A stretch of DNA of 32,000 nucleotides from Synechococcus sp. A15-28. Lineage in GTDB: Bacteria; Cyanobacteriota; Cyanobacteriia; PCC-6307; Cyanobiaceae. The stretch's first letter is position 1; each line of letters opens with the position of its first letter. Shown piece after piece: positions 9,964 through 18,920 of this stretch. The stretch covers positions 1,170,001-1,202,000 of the forward strand of contig NZ_CP047931.1 of NCBI RefSeq assembly GCF_014280175.1, written 5' to 3'. Both the position numbers and the translations under genes were made by a program. The notes below the pieces were generated by a model. That model was not told where the DNA came from and did not search any database. It was given only the letters and a program-made list of their open reading frames with translations.

Positions 9964-11285
9964 CCCTCCATCCATTGCCAGTCAGACTTGCTCCTCAACA
10001 ACGGCACGAGCCGCAGTTGAAGAGCCCCAGCTTCCCGAATCGATGCTGACCAGCTCTGGGACATCAGATCCCGTTTGATCAGATCAGCGGGCCGCACGCT
10101 GAGGGTCAGCTCTCGGCCTGCGCTGGAGCTGGTGCGATCCAAGGGCAGCGGAGGCCCACCAACACTCAGGCTGACGCGCTGCGGCGAATCCTTTGAAGGC
10201 GGGAGAATCCAACCTCCCAAGGACGCTCCACCAGCTCGAGACCAAACCACCGCTGGGCTGGCTGATCGACCATCCGGATTGATGACGTCCTCGATGCGTC
10301 GCTCCAGGCCACGCCCCTCGAGGGCATGGCCAACACGGCTGAGAACTGCCGCCAGATCGTGTCGTTTGAGCGTCGTTTGCAGCTCCAGATGCAGAACGGC
10401 CTGAAAGGGTCCGCTGTCCTTTGATTCCAGGCGAATCTGAATCGGAGCATCCAACAGGCTCTTCAACGTCGTCAGCGGGAGTCCGAAATTGGTCTCCAGT
10501 GATTGCTTGATCGAAGCATTGTCCAGGAGGCCTCCCAACAGCAGATCTGTCCTGGGACTGACGAGCCGTACAAGCTCTGATTGATGAACCACAGGGGTCA
10601 TGGGCTGTCGTTCGCTCCAACGGGACTCAGGCGCAACCCACTGCGCGGCAGCAGGTGCACGGTCCAGAGGACGAGACGCCACGACACCGAGGAAGCTCAG
10701 ACGCGTTCCGTGGCGGGACAGGCTGAGGCAACCATGAGAGGCCGACTGCAGCAAGGCAGAGATGGGGCCAGCCATCGTGGGCAAAGCCTCAGCAGACCAA
10801 AGCACCGCTGGCCCCTCGATCAGACGCGTCAGGCACTGTTTCATCAGTCTCGATCGAGGTGGGCGGCCCTTTCGAGACTGCTGCTCAAAAACACTGGCCT
10901 GCCCAGGGTCGGCGAACACCAACCGCGGCATCGACTGTTCGGAGGAGCGATTCGATGCTGTCGCCGGCAGCAGCAGAACGGCTGAGCCGCCATTGAGCCA
11001 GGCCGTCCACCAGATGGAGCCGTCACTGGCCGTCCAAAGACGGCTTGCCTCCTCAGTGCCCAGTCGCTGCTGCCATCGCTGGGGTGGTGGTTGCTTGGCC
11101 TCTACCCGATAGCTCTGCAGGAGGTCCGACACGGCCAGCAGGCGATGCAGGGTGGCTGGTCCACCAGCAGACTCGCGCCACTCTGGAGCGGACAAGCGCA
11201 CCAGGGGGAACACAATCAGAAGCAGCAGTGCTGATGAGGTGAGCGGGTGAACTGCAACCCAACGGAGACGCTTCGCCAACCCCAT
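9945..11285 (-). CDS. Hypothetical membrane-anchored protein (446 aa)
   Basis: Long clean ORF with an ATG start and an N-terminal hydrophobic segment (SSALLLLIVFPLV). I cannot name a family. Confidence 0.7.
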   Translation of the reverse strand: MGLAKRLRWVAVHPLTSSALLLLIVFPLVRLSAPEWRESAGGPATLHRLLAVSDLLQSYRVEAKQPPPQRWQQRLGTEEASRLWTASDGSIWWTAWLNGGSAVLLLPATASNRSSEQSMPRLVFADPGQASVFEQQSRKGRPPRSRLMKQCLTRLIEGPAVLWSAEALPTMAGPISALLQSASHGCLSLSRHGTRLSFLGVVASRPLDRAPAAAQWVAPESRWSERQPMTPVVHQSELVRLVSPRTDLLLGGLLDNASIKQSLETNFGLPLTTLKSLLDAPIQIRLESKDSGPFQAVLHLELQTTLKRHDLAAVLSRVGHALEGRGLERRIEDVINPDGRSASPAVVWSRAGGASLGGWILPPSKDSPQRVSLSVGGPPLPLDRTSSSAGRELTLSVRPADLIKRDLMSQSWSASIREAGALQLRLVPLLRSKSDWQWMEGQLADP

Positions 11286-11292
11286 GACAGCG

Positions 11293-11424
11293 TTATCGAC
11301 CTCGACGTCTGTCTCGCCACTCGACGACGGACAGATAGATCACGGAAACAGTGACGAAAACAAGGAGAACTGTTGCGGTGATCTCCAGCCCCTGAGTGAG
11401 CGTGAACGTCGCAGGACCGTTCAA
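11293..11424 (-). CDS. Candidate 43-codon single-TM ORF between petN and the 446-aa gene
   Basis: Hand translation from TTG 11424 gives MNGPATFTLTQGLEITATVLLVFVTVSVIYLSVVEWRDRRRGR-stop. It has one hydrophobic helix with a basic tail. It starts 5 nt after the petN stop and ends 7 nt before the next ATG. TTG is the only available start. Confidence 0.3.
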   Translation of the reverse strand: MNGPATFTLTQGLEITATVLLVFVTVSVIYLSVVEWRDRRRGR

Positions 11425-11428
11425 AGCC

Positions 11429-11530
11429 TCAGAAGTTCAGCGTTCCGTCGCCATTGCGACCCCACACCACCATGGCGATGGAGAAGCTGAACATGGCGGC
11501 GAGCGATGCCCAGGCAACGGTGAAGAGCAT
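11429..11530 (-). CDS. petN: Cytochrome b6-f complex subunit 8 (PetN), 33 aa, below the ORF-track cutoff
   Basis: Hand translation from ATG 11530 gives [33 protein letters not shown]-stop. This matches the picocyanobacterial PetN pattern (W-A[19 protein letters not shown]). Confidence 0.85.
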   Translation of the reverse strand: MLFTVAWASLAAMFSFSIAMVVWGRNGDGTLNF

Positions 11531-11602
11531 GAACTTGAATTCCTCGATGGGCGGATCCTACCTAGGGTCCACGACAAACTTTCTTCGTTTGAAGCAACTG
11601 TC

Positions 11603-11899
11603 ATGAGCAGCTCCAGTCCTGGCTCAGCGTCGTTGCTTGAGCGCCAGAGCACCACCCAGCGTTATCCCCAGGCCCGTGTGATCGTTCTCGATGACGACGT
11701 CAACACGTTTCAGCATGTCGTGGACTGTCTGCGGAAGATCATTCCGGGCATGAGTGAGGAGAAGGCCTGGAACCTCGCCAATCGCATCGACGGACAGGGG
11801 GCAGCTGAAGTGTGGTGCGGTCCACTCGAACAGGCCGAGCTCTACCACCAGCAACTCTCCGCAGAGGGGCTGACCATGGCTCCCCTCGAACGCTGCTGA
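11603..11899 (+). CDS. clpS: ATP-dependent Clp protease adaptor ClpS
   Basis: 98 aa with the ClpS core RVIVLDDDVNTFQHVVDCLRKIIPGMSEEKAWNLANRIDGQGAAEV. ATG at 11603. The upstream part of the track ORF (from 11396) is antisense to petN. Confidence 0.9.
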   Translation: MSSSSPGSASLLERQSTTQRYPQARVIVLDDDVNTFQHVVDCLRKIIPGMSEEKAWNLANRIDGQGAAEVWCGPLEQAELYHQQLSAEGLTMAPLERC

Positions 11900-11901
11900 T
11901 C

Positions 11902-12129
11902 TCAGGCTGCCGGTTTCCGGCTTGCTTTGGTCAATCGCAGAAGATCCACGGTCTGCAGCCGTTGCGTCTGGGCATCGAGAACAAATCGCACCACCCGACC
12001 AGGGCAGAACGCCAGTCCCCGCACTTCCCGGCCATGCAGTTCAGCCGTCAGCATCCTCGCTTCAGAACCGCAACGCTCCACCAACGGACCGGACACAGTG
12101 CGTCGCAGTGCATCGACTGATTTGAGCAT
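11902..12129 (-). CDS. Hypothetical small protein (75 aa from ATG 12129; GTG 12138 alternative)
   Basis: The ORF exactly fills the clpS-to-next-gene gap. My hand count of GC3 is about 61 percent (44 of 72 codons), compatible with coding. I recognise no family. Confidence 0.4.
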   Translation of the reverse strand: MLKSVDALRRTVSGPLVERCGSEARMLTAELHGREVRGLAFCPGRVVRFVLDAQTQRLQTVDLLRLTKASRKPAA

Positions 12130-12140
12130 CACGGCCACAG

Positions 12141-12479
12141 GTGGCTCACTCCGGCATAGCCAGGCTGGCTAGCGTTGTTTCGTTCAGCGGATTTCCTCAA
12201 GGTTTGGGCCGGGTCGTCATCACCCACAGCACCTACGTGGATGGGTTGATTCCCTGGTTGAAAAGCCTGGCCAAGGATCGGCGCATTCAGACGGTGACCC
12301 CGGCGGTGATCAATCGGGTCAAGGGGCGAAGTCAGACCCTTCAACTCAGGGTTTCAACCCCGATCCGTGGCGGATTCAAGCTGATGGCTCGCAAGGGAAG
12401 CAGTGTTCAGGAGGTTTTCGTCGTGACCGAGCTGGAGCAGAGTCAGCTGCAGCAGGTTGTGGATGAGCACCGTCCCTGA
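12141..12479 (+). CDS. Conserved small cyanobacterial protein; I recall the GRVVITHSTY...ITPAVI.RVKGRS block as DUF2103-like
   Basis: GRVVITHSTYVDGLIPWLKSL ... TVTPAVINRVKGRSQTLQLRVSTPIRGGFKLMARKGSSVQEVFVV. The family name is from memory only. TTG 12204 is an alternative start. Confidence 0.65.
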   Translation: MAHSGIARLASVVSFSGFPQGLGRVVITHSTYVDGLIPWLKSLAKDRRIQTVTPAVINRVKGRSQTLQLRVSTPIRGGFKLMARKGSSVQEVFVVTELEQSQLQQVVDEHRP

Positions 12480-12490
12480 TCGGCTGCTGA

Positions 12491-12691
12491 TCAATGGCCC
12501 TCGGCCATTCGGCATGCGTCCGGGAACGACACTCTGATTTCAGGCTGACTGGCACAGAGCTCAGCCCAGTCCGCCCGTCGAAAGCATTGGGGAAGGATGG
12601 CGCGGCAAGCCACCTGTGCTTCATCAGGAAGGAAACGGACTGGCTCGGTTTGAGCCAGAACAAGTCCGATCACAACCAGCAGCGTTGGCAT
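12491..12691 (-). CDS. Candidate small exported peptide (66 aa, 4 Cys)
   Basis: ATG 12691 gives MPTLLVVIGLVLAQTEP (signal-like), then VRFLPDEAQVACRAILPQCFRRADWAELCASQPEIRVSFPDACRMAEGH. It converges on the preceding gene. No homology is recognised. Confidence 0.35.
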   Translation of the reverse strand: MPTLLVVIGLVLAQTEPVRFLPDEAQVACRAILPQCFRRADWAELCASQPEIRVSFPDACRMAEGH

Positions 12692-12910
12692 CCTCAGCCT
12701 GGGAAAAGGGTGAACCGCCATGCCGTGCGAGCCCCAGTGGTCGACCTGGAAGAACCAGAAGGGGCGACAAAGTGGGGTTTCGTTTCCGGCTGCATGGCCG
12801 GTCTACGTCACCGTCACGACAGTCTCCCCAAGTCGAAAGAGAGTCAGATCAGAGCACTAGAAAAAGGCCGTCACCAACACAGCAGTTCAAGCTTCAGCTT
12901 AGGGCTGAAT

Positions 12911-14074
12911 TCAACCGGAGGATGGCCAGATCCCGCGGATCAGCTCCAGTGCGGCCTGGGCTTGCTGCTCACGCTGTTTGGCATCGGGTCCCGGGAGGAG
13001 CACGGTCACGTGACCAAGCTTGCGACCAGGAGTTTCCGGTGTTTTGCCGTACCAGTGCAGGTGCGCATCCGGCAGAGCCGCCAAGGCATCCAGCCGCTGC
13101 TCCAGGGATCGGGAGGGATTCTCAAGCCCCAGCAGATTCACCATCAGGGCACCATTGCTGGTGAGTTCAGGGGCTGGCACCGGTAGACCGGCCGCAATGC
13201 AAACCTGTTGATCGAACTGACTGCTGCTGCAGGCTTCAATCGAAAAGTGGCCGGAGTTGTGAGTACGAGGAGCCACCTCGTTCACCTGCAGACCGTCGGG
13301 ACCGAAGAAAAACTCCAGGGCCAGAACCCCCACATAGTTGAGTTTGGTGAGCAGAGACGCGGCCACGTTGTAGGCCTGAGCCTCCACCCCTTGATCCACC
13401 GCCGCTGGAGCCAGAACCCAGTCACAGACTTGCTGACTTTGATGGGTTTCCACCAGGGGGAAGCTGCGGACCCGTCCCTGGGCATCACGACTCACCACCA
13501 GCGCCAGCTCCCGTTCGTACGTCACCCAGCACTCCAGCAGCCAGTCGTCGCCGTCCACACTGCGGATCAAACGAGCCAGGTCTTCAACGGACTCCACGAC
13601 AACGGTCCCCTTGCCGTCGTATCCGCCGTGGGCCGCCTTGGCCATCACCGGAAATGACCAACCTTTCGGCAGGGCTGGCTGGGCCGCGGAGATCTGACTC
13701 AACGGACACCAGGGTGGTGCGGCGATGGCGAGATCCGCCAGAAGCTGGCGCTGCGACAGCTTGTTGACCAGTGGAGAGAGGGCGGCGAGGGCCGGTCGGA
13801 ACCGTACCCCCTGCTGTTCGAGGGGGATGAGGGCGTCGATGTTGACCCACTCGTTTTCGAAGGTGACCCCCTGGCAACCCACGACAAGTTGGCGGGTTCC
13901 GGCCACATCGCGAGGATCCGCTGTCACCTGACGGGATGCACCGGCACAGGCGGGGTCGTCAGTGGAACCGGTCTGAACCGCCACGGCCACCTGCCGTTCT
14001 GCAGCAGCCTCCACCATCATGCGAGCGAGCTGGCCGCCGCCGACGACACCGATCATCTCGGCCGTGGTGGTCAT
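12911..14074 (-). CDS. purK: N5-carboxyaminoimidazole ribonucleotide synthase
   Basis: ATP-grasp enzyme with N-terminal IGVVGGGQLARMM and PurK-like C-terminal blocks (NEVAPRTHNSGH, GRKLGHVT). ATG at 14074; the track start at 14113 is TTG. Confidence 0.92.
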   Translation of the reverse strand: MTTTAEMIGVVGGGQLARMMVEAAAERQVAVAVQTGSTDDPACAGASRQVTADPRDVAGTRQLVVGCQGVTFENEWVNIDALIPLEQQGVRFRPALAALSPLVNKLSQRQLLADLAIAAPPWCPLSQISAAQPALPKGWSFPVMAKAAHGGYDGKGTVVVESVEDLARLIRSVDGDDWLLECWVTYERELALVVSRDAQGRVRSFPLVETHQSQQVCDWVLAPAAVDQGVEAQAYNVAASLLTKLNYVGVLALEFFFGPDGLQVNEVAPRTHNSGHFSIEACSSSQFDQQVCIAAGLPVPAPELTSNGALMVNLLGLENPSRSLEQRLDALAALPDAHLHWYGKTPETPGRKLGHVTVLLPGPDAKQREQQAQAALELIRGIWPSSG

Positions 14075-14129
14075 TCCCCATGGGTGCGCAATCCTCCGCA
14101 GCTTGCCACTCAATGGAGCGCCTGACCTC

Positions 14130-15017
14130 TCAGATCAGGGCACGGTCGCCACTGAAGGCCAGACGCACCAGGGTGAAGAGCATCACCACCAGGAACAACG
14201 CCAGACCGAGGGTGCAGGCGTAACTGATCTCCAGTTCGGCGAAGGCCTGGTCGTACACGTAATAAACGATCGTCCGGGTTGAATCTGCAGGCCCACCCTG
14301 GGTCATCAGGAACACCTCCTCGAACACCTTCGTGGCCGCAATGGACGACACCACAGCGACAAGGGAGACATAGGGCCGCAGCAGGGGCAGGGTGATGTCC
14401 ACGTGCTGACGCCATCCCTCACTGCCGTCGAGCTCCGCCGCCTCGTAGAGCTCTTTGGGGATGCCCTGCAAACCCGCCAGAAAGATCACCATGTAATACC
14501 CGAGCCCTTTCCACAACGTCACCACCATCACTGCCGGCAAAGCCAGCTGTGGTGACGTCAGAAAACCGATGGGGGTGAACGACGGGCCGATCAGTTCGGC
14601 AAGCCATCCGTTGATCAGACCGTTTTCTGCATAGAGCCAACGGAAGGCGATGGCTGCCACCACGATCGACACCAACACCGGTGTGTAGAAGGCGCCGCGC
14701 ATCAGGTGACTGCCGGGCAGACCGCGGTTCACCAGAACCGCCAGAGCCAGTGAACCGAGAACAATCGGCGGAACAACTCCGCAGAGATACAGAAACGTGG
14801 TGAGCAGCACCCGCCGCACCATCGGATCCAGGAGGAGCCGCTGCAGGTTGGCCAAGCCGACGAAGCGGAGTGGCTCGCTCACGTCCAGGCCGGACGCGGT
14901 GAAGCTCATCACCAGAGCCATGAGCGCCGGGAGCAGAACCGAGAGACTGATCAGCACCAGGGCCGGCAACAGAAACGCCCAGGCAACGAGACTGCGGCGC
15001 AACGTTCCAACCGACAC
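14130..15017 (-). CDS. Carbohydrate ABC transporter permease (MalF/UgpA-like)
   Basis: Six hydrophobic segments and the EAA-loop motif [28 protein letters not shown] start. No partner genes lie adjacent. Confidence 0.9.
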   Translation of the reverse strand: MSVGTLRRSLVAWAFLLPALVLISLSVLLPALMALVMSFTASGLDVSEPLRFVGLANLQRLLLDPMVRRVLLTTFLYLCGVVPPIVLGSLALAVLVNRGLPGSHLMRGAFYTPVLVSIVVAAIAFRWLYAENGLINGWLAELIGPSFTPIGFLTSPQLALPAVMVVTLWKGLGYYMVIFLAGLQGIPKELYEAAELDGSEGWRQHVDITLPLLRPYVSLVAVVSSIAATKVFEEVFLMTQGGPADSTRTIVYYVYDQAFAELEISYACTLGLALFLVVMLFTLVRLAFSGDRALI

Positions 15018-15083
15018 TGGCCTGAGGTTACGGCGGGTTCACCGTCTCCGCCCGGCAGAGTGGTTGCATCGGCTGGACGCTCC

Positions 15084-16199
15084 ATGGTCGCCTCACCAAC
15101 TCTGCGTCGGATCTCCGTCGCTCTGGAACGCTACCCCTACGAGGTGGTGATCGGCGCCGGTGGGCTGAATCGCCTCGGGGACGAACTGCTGACAGCGGGC
15201 ATTCAGCCCGGTCGCCGGATCCTTGTGGTCAGCAATCCTGACGTGGCCGGCCCCTACGGAGAGGCGTGTCTGCAGAGCCTGGCCCAGCAGGGCTTCCATG
15301 CCGACCTGCTGGTGATTGATGCGGGGGAAGACCGAAAAACGCCAGCCACGGTTGCCGCCATCCACGACGCTGCCTTCGAACGGCACCTGGAGCGCAGCTC
15401 GTTGATGCTGGCCCTGGGGGGAGGGGTTGTCGGAGACATGACCGGCTTCGCAGCAGCCACCTGGTTGCGTGGAATCCGGGTGATTCAGGTTCCCACCACT
15501 CTGCTGGCGATGGTCGATGCCGCCATCGGCGGCAAGACAGGGGTGAACCATCCCGGCGGCAAAAATCTGATCGGCGCCTTTCACCAGCCGAGTCTGGTGC
15601 TGATCGATCCTGAGACGCTCAACACCTTGCCCATCAGGGAGTTCCGGGCGGGCATGGCGGAGGTAATCAAATATGGAATTCTTGGCGATCCCGATCTTTT
15701 CCACTGCCTGGAGGAAGGGCCTGAACCCGATTCAGCTCCGGGCCTGGGCAGCGGCCGGCTTGAAATCATTCTGGAACGATCGGCAGCGGCCAAAGCACGG
15801 GTGGTTGCCGCAGATGAACGGGAAGGGGGCCTGCGCGCTGTCCTGAATTACGGCCACACCTTTGGCCACGTGGTGGAAACCCTCTGTGGATACGGCACCT
15901 GGCTGCACGGAGAAGCGGTGGCGATCGGGATGGTGGCCGTTGGCCAGCTGGCCTTGAACCGTGGCAGCTGGACCGAGAAGGACGCCGAGCGCCAGAAGCA
16001 ATTGATCCAGCGCTGCGGTCTGCCGACCGCGTGGCCGGATCTCAACCCTGATGCGGTGCTGCGCACTCTTCAGGGGGATAAGAAGGTGAAGGACGGTCGG
16101 TTGCGATTCGTGCTGCCCACAGCCATTGGCCATGTGGAGATCCGCGATGACATCAACCGGGATGAGATCCTGCGTTGTCTGGAGCAGTTGCGAAGCTGA
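15084..16199 (+). CDS. aroB: 3-dehydroquinate synthase
   Basis: [31 protein letters not shown] and HTFGH..E...[12 protein letters not shown] motifs. ATG at 15084. Confidence 0.95.
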   Translation: MVASPTLRRISVALERYPYEVVIGAGGLNRLGDELLTAGIQPGRRILVVSNPDVAGPYGEACLQSLAQQGFHADLLVIDAGEDRKTPATVAAIHDAAFERHLERSSLMLALGGGVVGDMTGFAAATWLRGIRVIQVPTTLLAMVDAAIGGKTGVNHPGGKNLIGAFHQPSLVLIDPETLNTLPIREFRAGMAEVIKYGILGDPDLFHCLEEGPEPDSAPGLGSGRLEIILERSAAAKARVVAADEREGGLRAVLNYGHTFGHVVETLCGYGTWLHGEAVAIGMVAVGQLALNRGSWTEKDAERQKQLIQRCGLPTAWPDLNPDAVLRTLQGDKKVKDGRLRFVLPTAIGHVEIRDDINRDEILRCLEQLRS

Positions 16200-17334
16200 A
16201 CCGTTCCGCTCGGGCTCCGCGGCTGAACAGGAGCCAGCGGAAGTCACCGAGGGCGGCAGGATCCACCAGCCGCAGCAGAGCCTCCCTCCGGCGCAGCGCC
16301 TGGGACAGGTCTGTGGCCGGTAATTGCTGCAGGGCGTGCAGATGATCGGCCAAACCGAGGGCAAGCAGCGCTTCGCCCTGTCTCCTCTGATCCCGTAACT
16401 GCCAATCGTGCTGCGCAGCAGCCGCCGTGAGGGTCTCAATGCAGAGATGGGCGGTGAGGTCCTGCTCCCCGGCATGGGCCAGGGGATCCAGTCCTGCCAT
16501 TCCGTTGCGATAGGCCATGAGCGTCCCGTCCGCCCGACGGGCGGCGTAGTAGCGGGAGGCCTCGAGGGCGTAATCGATCACCAGCAGAGCCCCGTCGGAC
16601 ACTGCTGAGGCCAGCGAAGCAAACCAGCGCCGCAGACTGACGTGCCATTCGGTGGCCCAACCGTCATCGCTGCCAGGCGGGGGCAGATCAATCCCACTGC
16701 GCTTGAGGTCCTCTTCCAGCGGGCTGGGAAGCGAAAGTGACGTCCAGGCCAATTGATCTTGCTCCGCGAGCACCACCCCCTGAAGCTGGAGCTCACCCTG
16801 ATGAACCACAAGTCGATCCACGGGGAAGGCATCGAGCAGTTCATGGGCGAGAACGACGCCTTGAACCGGTGAGGCCTGAAGCTCCTCGATTGAGCACCAG
16901 CGCACAGGACAACCGCCGAGCCCAGCAAGCCTTTGCCGCTGGCGTTGGCGAAGGGCGGGGCTGCGTTCGACGAGAACAAGCTCACAGCGTTCGATCAGAT
17001 CGGGGGCCAGGTGCGCCAGCGCCGTTTGCAGTTCAGCCGCAAGATCACCCTCACCCGGACCGACCTCCACCAACGACAACCTGACTGACTGATCCGGCAG
17101 GGTGCGCAACAGATCGATCAGCTGTCGGGCCAGCAGAGTTGTGAAATCAGGGCCCAGCGATGGAGAGGTGGCGAAATCACCCTGGGGGCCGATTCGTACT
17201 CGGCCGGATCCGTAGTAACCGTGCTCCGGGTGATATAGGGCCCAGTCCATGAATTGGCGGAAGGGAACCGTGCCACCGGCCTGGTGGAGAAGCGTTGCCA
17301 ACCAGGGAGGACAGACCGCAGCTGTCGGATTCAT
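16153..17334 (-). CDS. Class I SAM-dependent methyltransferase, DUF185 / NDUFAF7 (MidA)-like
   Basis: N-terminal [18 protein letters not shown] and DFATSP blocks, and the SAM-loop-like [11 protein letters not shown]. The 3' end overlaps aroB by 47 nt. Confidence 0.85.
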   Translation of the reverse strand: MNPTAAVCPPWLATLLHQAGGTVPFRQFMDWALYHPEHGYYGSGRVRIGPQGDFATSPSLGPDFTTLLARQLIDLLRTLPDQSVRLSLVEVGPGEGDLAAELQTALAHLAPDLIERCELVLVERSPALRQRQRQRLAGLGGCPVRWCSIEELQASPVQGVVLAHELLDAFPVDRLVVHQGELQLQGVVLAEQDQLAWTSLSLPSPLEEDLKRSGIDLPPPGSDDGWATEWHVSLRRWFASLASAVSDGALLVIDYALEASRYYAARRADGTLMAYRNGMAGLDPLAHAGEQDLTAHLCIETLTAAAAQHDWQLRDQRRQGEALLALGLADHLHALQQLPATDLSQALRRREALLRLVDPAALGDFRWLLFSRGARAERFSFATAPDNAGSHPG

Positions 17335-17365
17335 TGGAGAGAATGCCCGTCACTGCAGCAGGTCT

Positions 17366-18172
17366 ATGGGAACACATCGCATCGCAGGGCTGTGGGCTGT
17401 GCTGCTGACAACCCTGATCACGCTGACGGGAGGGCTTCCGGCCCATGCCTACGACAATCCCGAGCTACTGCCTGACCACCCCACCCCGGTGATCGATCTG
17501 GCCAAGGCGTTCACCGATCCCCAACGCTCCACTCTGGAAAAGAGGCTGAATGACGTGGAGGAGGCCACCGGCTGGAAGCTGCGGGTTCTGACGCAATACG
17601 AACGCACCCCTGGCCGTGCCGTCAAGGAATTCTGGGGGCTGGACGAAAGCAGTCTGCTGCTGGTGGCGGACCCCCGTGGAGGCAACCTGCTGAATTTCAA
17701 CGTGGGCGATGCCTTTTTTGCGTTGATGCCCCGCACTTATTGGGTCGAACTGCAGACACGATTCGGCAATCAGTACTACGTGAAGGAGCACGGTGAGGAT
17801 GGCGCCATCGTTGATGCTCTGAATGCCGTCGCGGTGTGCCTGGAACGGGGCGGATGTCAGGTGGTGCCGGGGCTTCCCCTGGAGCAATGGCTGTGGACAT
17901 TCACCACCTCAGCCGTGGGTGGACTGATTGCCGGATTTGCCGCTTATCCCCGCAAAGAAGGGGAAACCGTGGCCTGGTCCTGGTTGCTGCTGCTCTCCCC
18001 GCTGTGGGTGATGTTGTTCGGCGTGTTCGGCATCGCACCGGTGATCACCCGCACCTCAGACATCCTGCCGATCGTGAGGAATGGGGTCGGTTTCCTGGCG
18101 GGCGCCATTGTCGCTTATCTGATCGCTCAGGCGACGGTGGGGCGGCGGCTCAACCAGGAACCGGAAAGCTGA
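17366..18172 (+). CDS. TPM-domain protein (TLP18.3/Psb32-like) with C-terminal membrane segments
   Basis: Signal-like N-terminus MGTHRIAGLWAVLLTTLITL and a TPM-like core (VIDLAKAFTDPQRSTLEKRLNDVEEATGWKLRVLT). Several hydrophobic helices sit at the C-terminus. Confidence 0.8.
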   Translation: MGTHRIAGLWAVLLTTLITLTGGLPAHAYDNPELLPDHPTPVIDLAKAFTDPQRSTLEKRLNDVEEATGWKLRVLTQYERTPGRAVKEFWGLDESSLLLVADPRGGNLLNFNVGDAFFALMPRTYWVELQTRFGNQYYVKEHGEDGAIVDALNAVAVCLERGGCQVVPGLPLEQWLWTFTTSAVGGLIAGFAAYPRKEGETVAWSWLLLLSPLWVMLFGVFGIAPVITRTSDILPIVRNGVGFLAGAIVAYLIAQATVGRRLNQEPES

Positions 18173-18182
18173 GGGGAGATCC

Positions 18183-18920
18183 TCAGAGCTGGGTCGCGCA
18201 GGCGATGCGGGACCCGGTGCAGATGGCTGGAGGCGGACTCAGCTCGAGAGCGAGCTGTTGACGCTTCAGGTCTCGGATCCGGCGAAGTTCCTGCAGATTC
18301 ACGGTGTAGAAGGAACGCAGGCGCGAATACTTCTTGACGGGCTGACCATAGAAACTGCGACCGGCAAGGGTGGGGAATGAAGCCCATTCCGGAGCCAGCT
18401 TGGCGGTGAGCAGGGGCGTGAGTGTGCCTGCATCAGTGAGGCCGAGGGCTTTGCGGCGCTGAATCAGGAACAACGCGCCCTGGTCCTGCGCTTCAGGACC
18501 AAAGCCCCGAACACCGATGCTGCGCTTCACCAGATTCCAGGTGAACGGCATGAACTGATAAGCACCAGCAGCAGCGCTGGCGTAGCGCGATCGGTAGATC
18601 ACGCGGTTGGGATGGCGATCGAGCGAAGGCATGAGCCCCCCGCCGAACATCACGCGATACCCCACATCGAGACCACCTTTCCAGGTGCCTTCGGCAAAAC
18701 GGATGGTGTTGAGCATCGCCCGGCGTTCCGGGGTGATCACATAAGGAATGGCCCTGGACGGAGCGGTGCCGGGCTCACTCAGCAGCTGAGCACGGGAATT
18801 GGGAGGAAGAAGCGTCGCCGTGGACGGCGCTGGCGAGACAACAAGCGGAATGGATCCAGCGATGACGGCCGCGATAAGCGACTGACGACCGATCAGAGCG
18901 TGGATAACCATAAAAAGCAT
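18183..18920 (-). CDS. Exported GH104-like lytic transglycosylase (phage lambda R lysozyme fold)
   Basis: Signal-like N-terminus. IRFAEGTW (compare lambda R AWSEGT), GAYQFMPFTW and FGPEAQDQGALFLI parallel the lambda R blocks as I remember them. Confidence 0.75.
   Translation of the reverse strand: MLFMVIHALIGRQSLIAAVIAGSIPLVVSPAPSTATLLPPNSRAQLLSEPGTAPSRAIPYVITPERRAMLNTIRFAEGTWKGGLDVGYRVMFGGGLMPSLDRHPNRVIYRSRYASAAAGAYQFMPFTWNLVKRSIGVRGFGPEAQDQGALFLIQRRKALGLTDAGTLTPLLTAKLAPEWASFPTLAGRSFYGQPVKKYSRLRSFYTVNLQELRRIRDLKRQQLALELSPPPAICTGSRIACATQL

Noticed and set aside
11284-11602. Plus-strand ORFs 11284-11490 and the N-terminal 69 codons of ORF 11396-11899
   Set aside because: They are antisense to petN and the 43-codon TM ORF. 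ClpS homology begins only at ATG 11603.
12494-13186. Plus-strand ORFs of 230 aa and 182 aa (12616-13164)
   Set aside because: They run antisense into purK and have Arg/Ser/Gly-rich shadow composition with no recognisable domain.
18169-18186. CTGAGG-GGAGAT-CCTCAG hairpin spanning both stop codons of the TPM and GH104 genes
   Set aside because: It is a 6-bp stem with no U-tract and overlaps coding sequence. It may be fortuitous.
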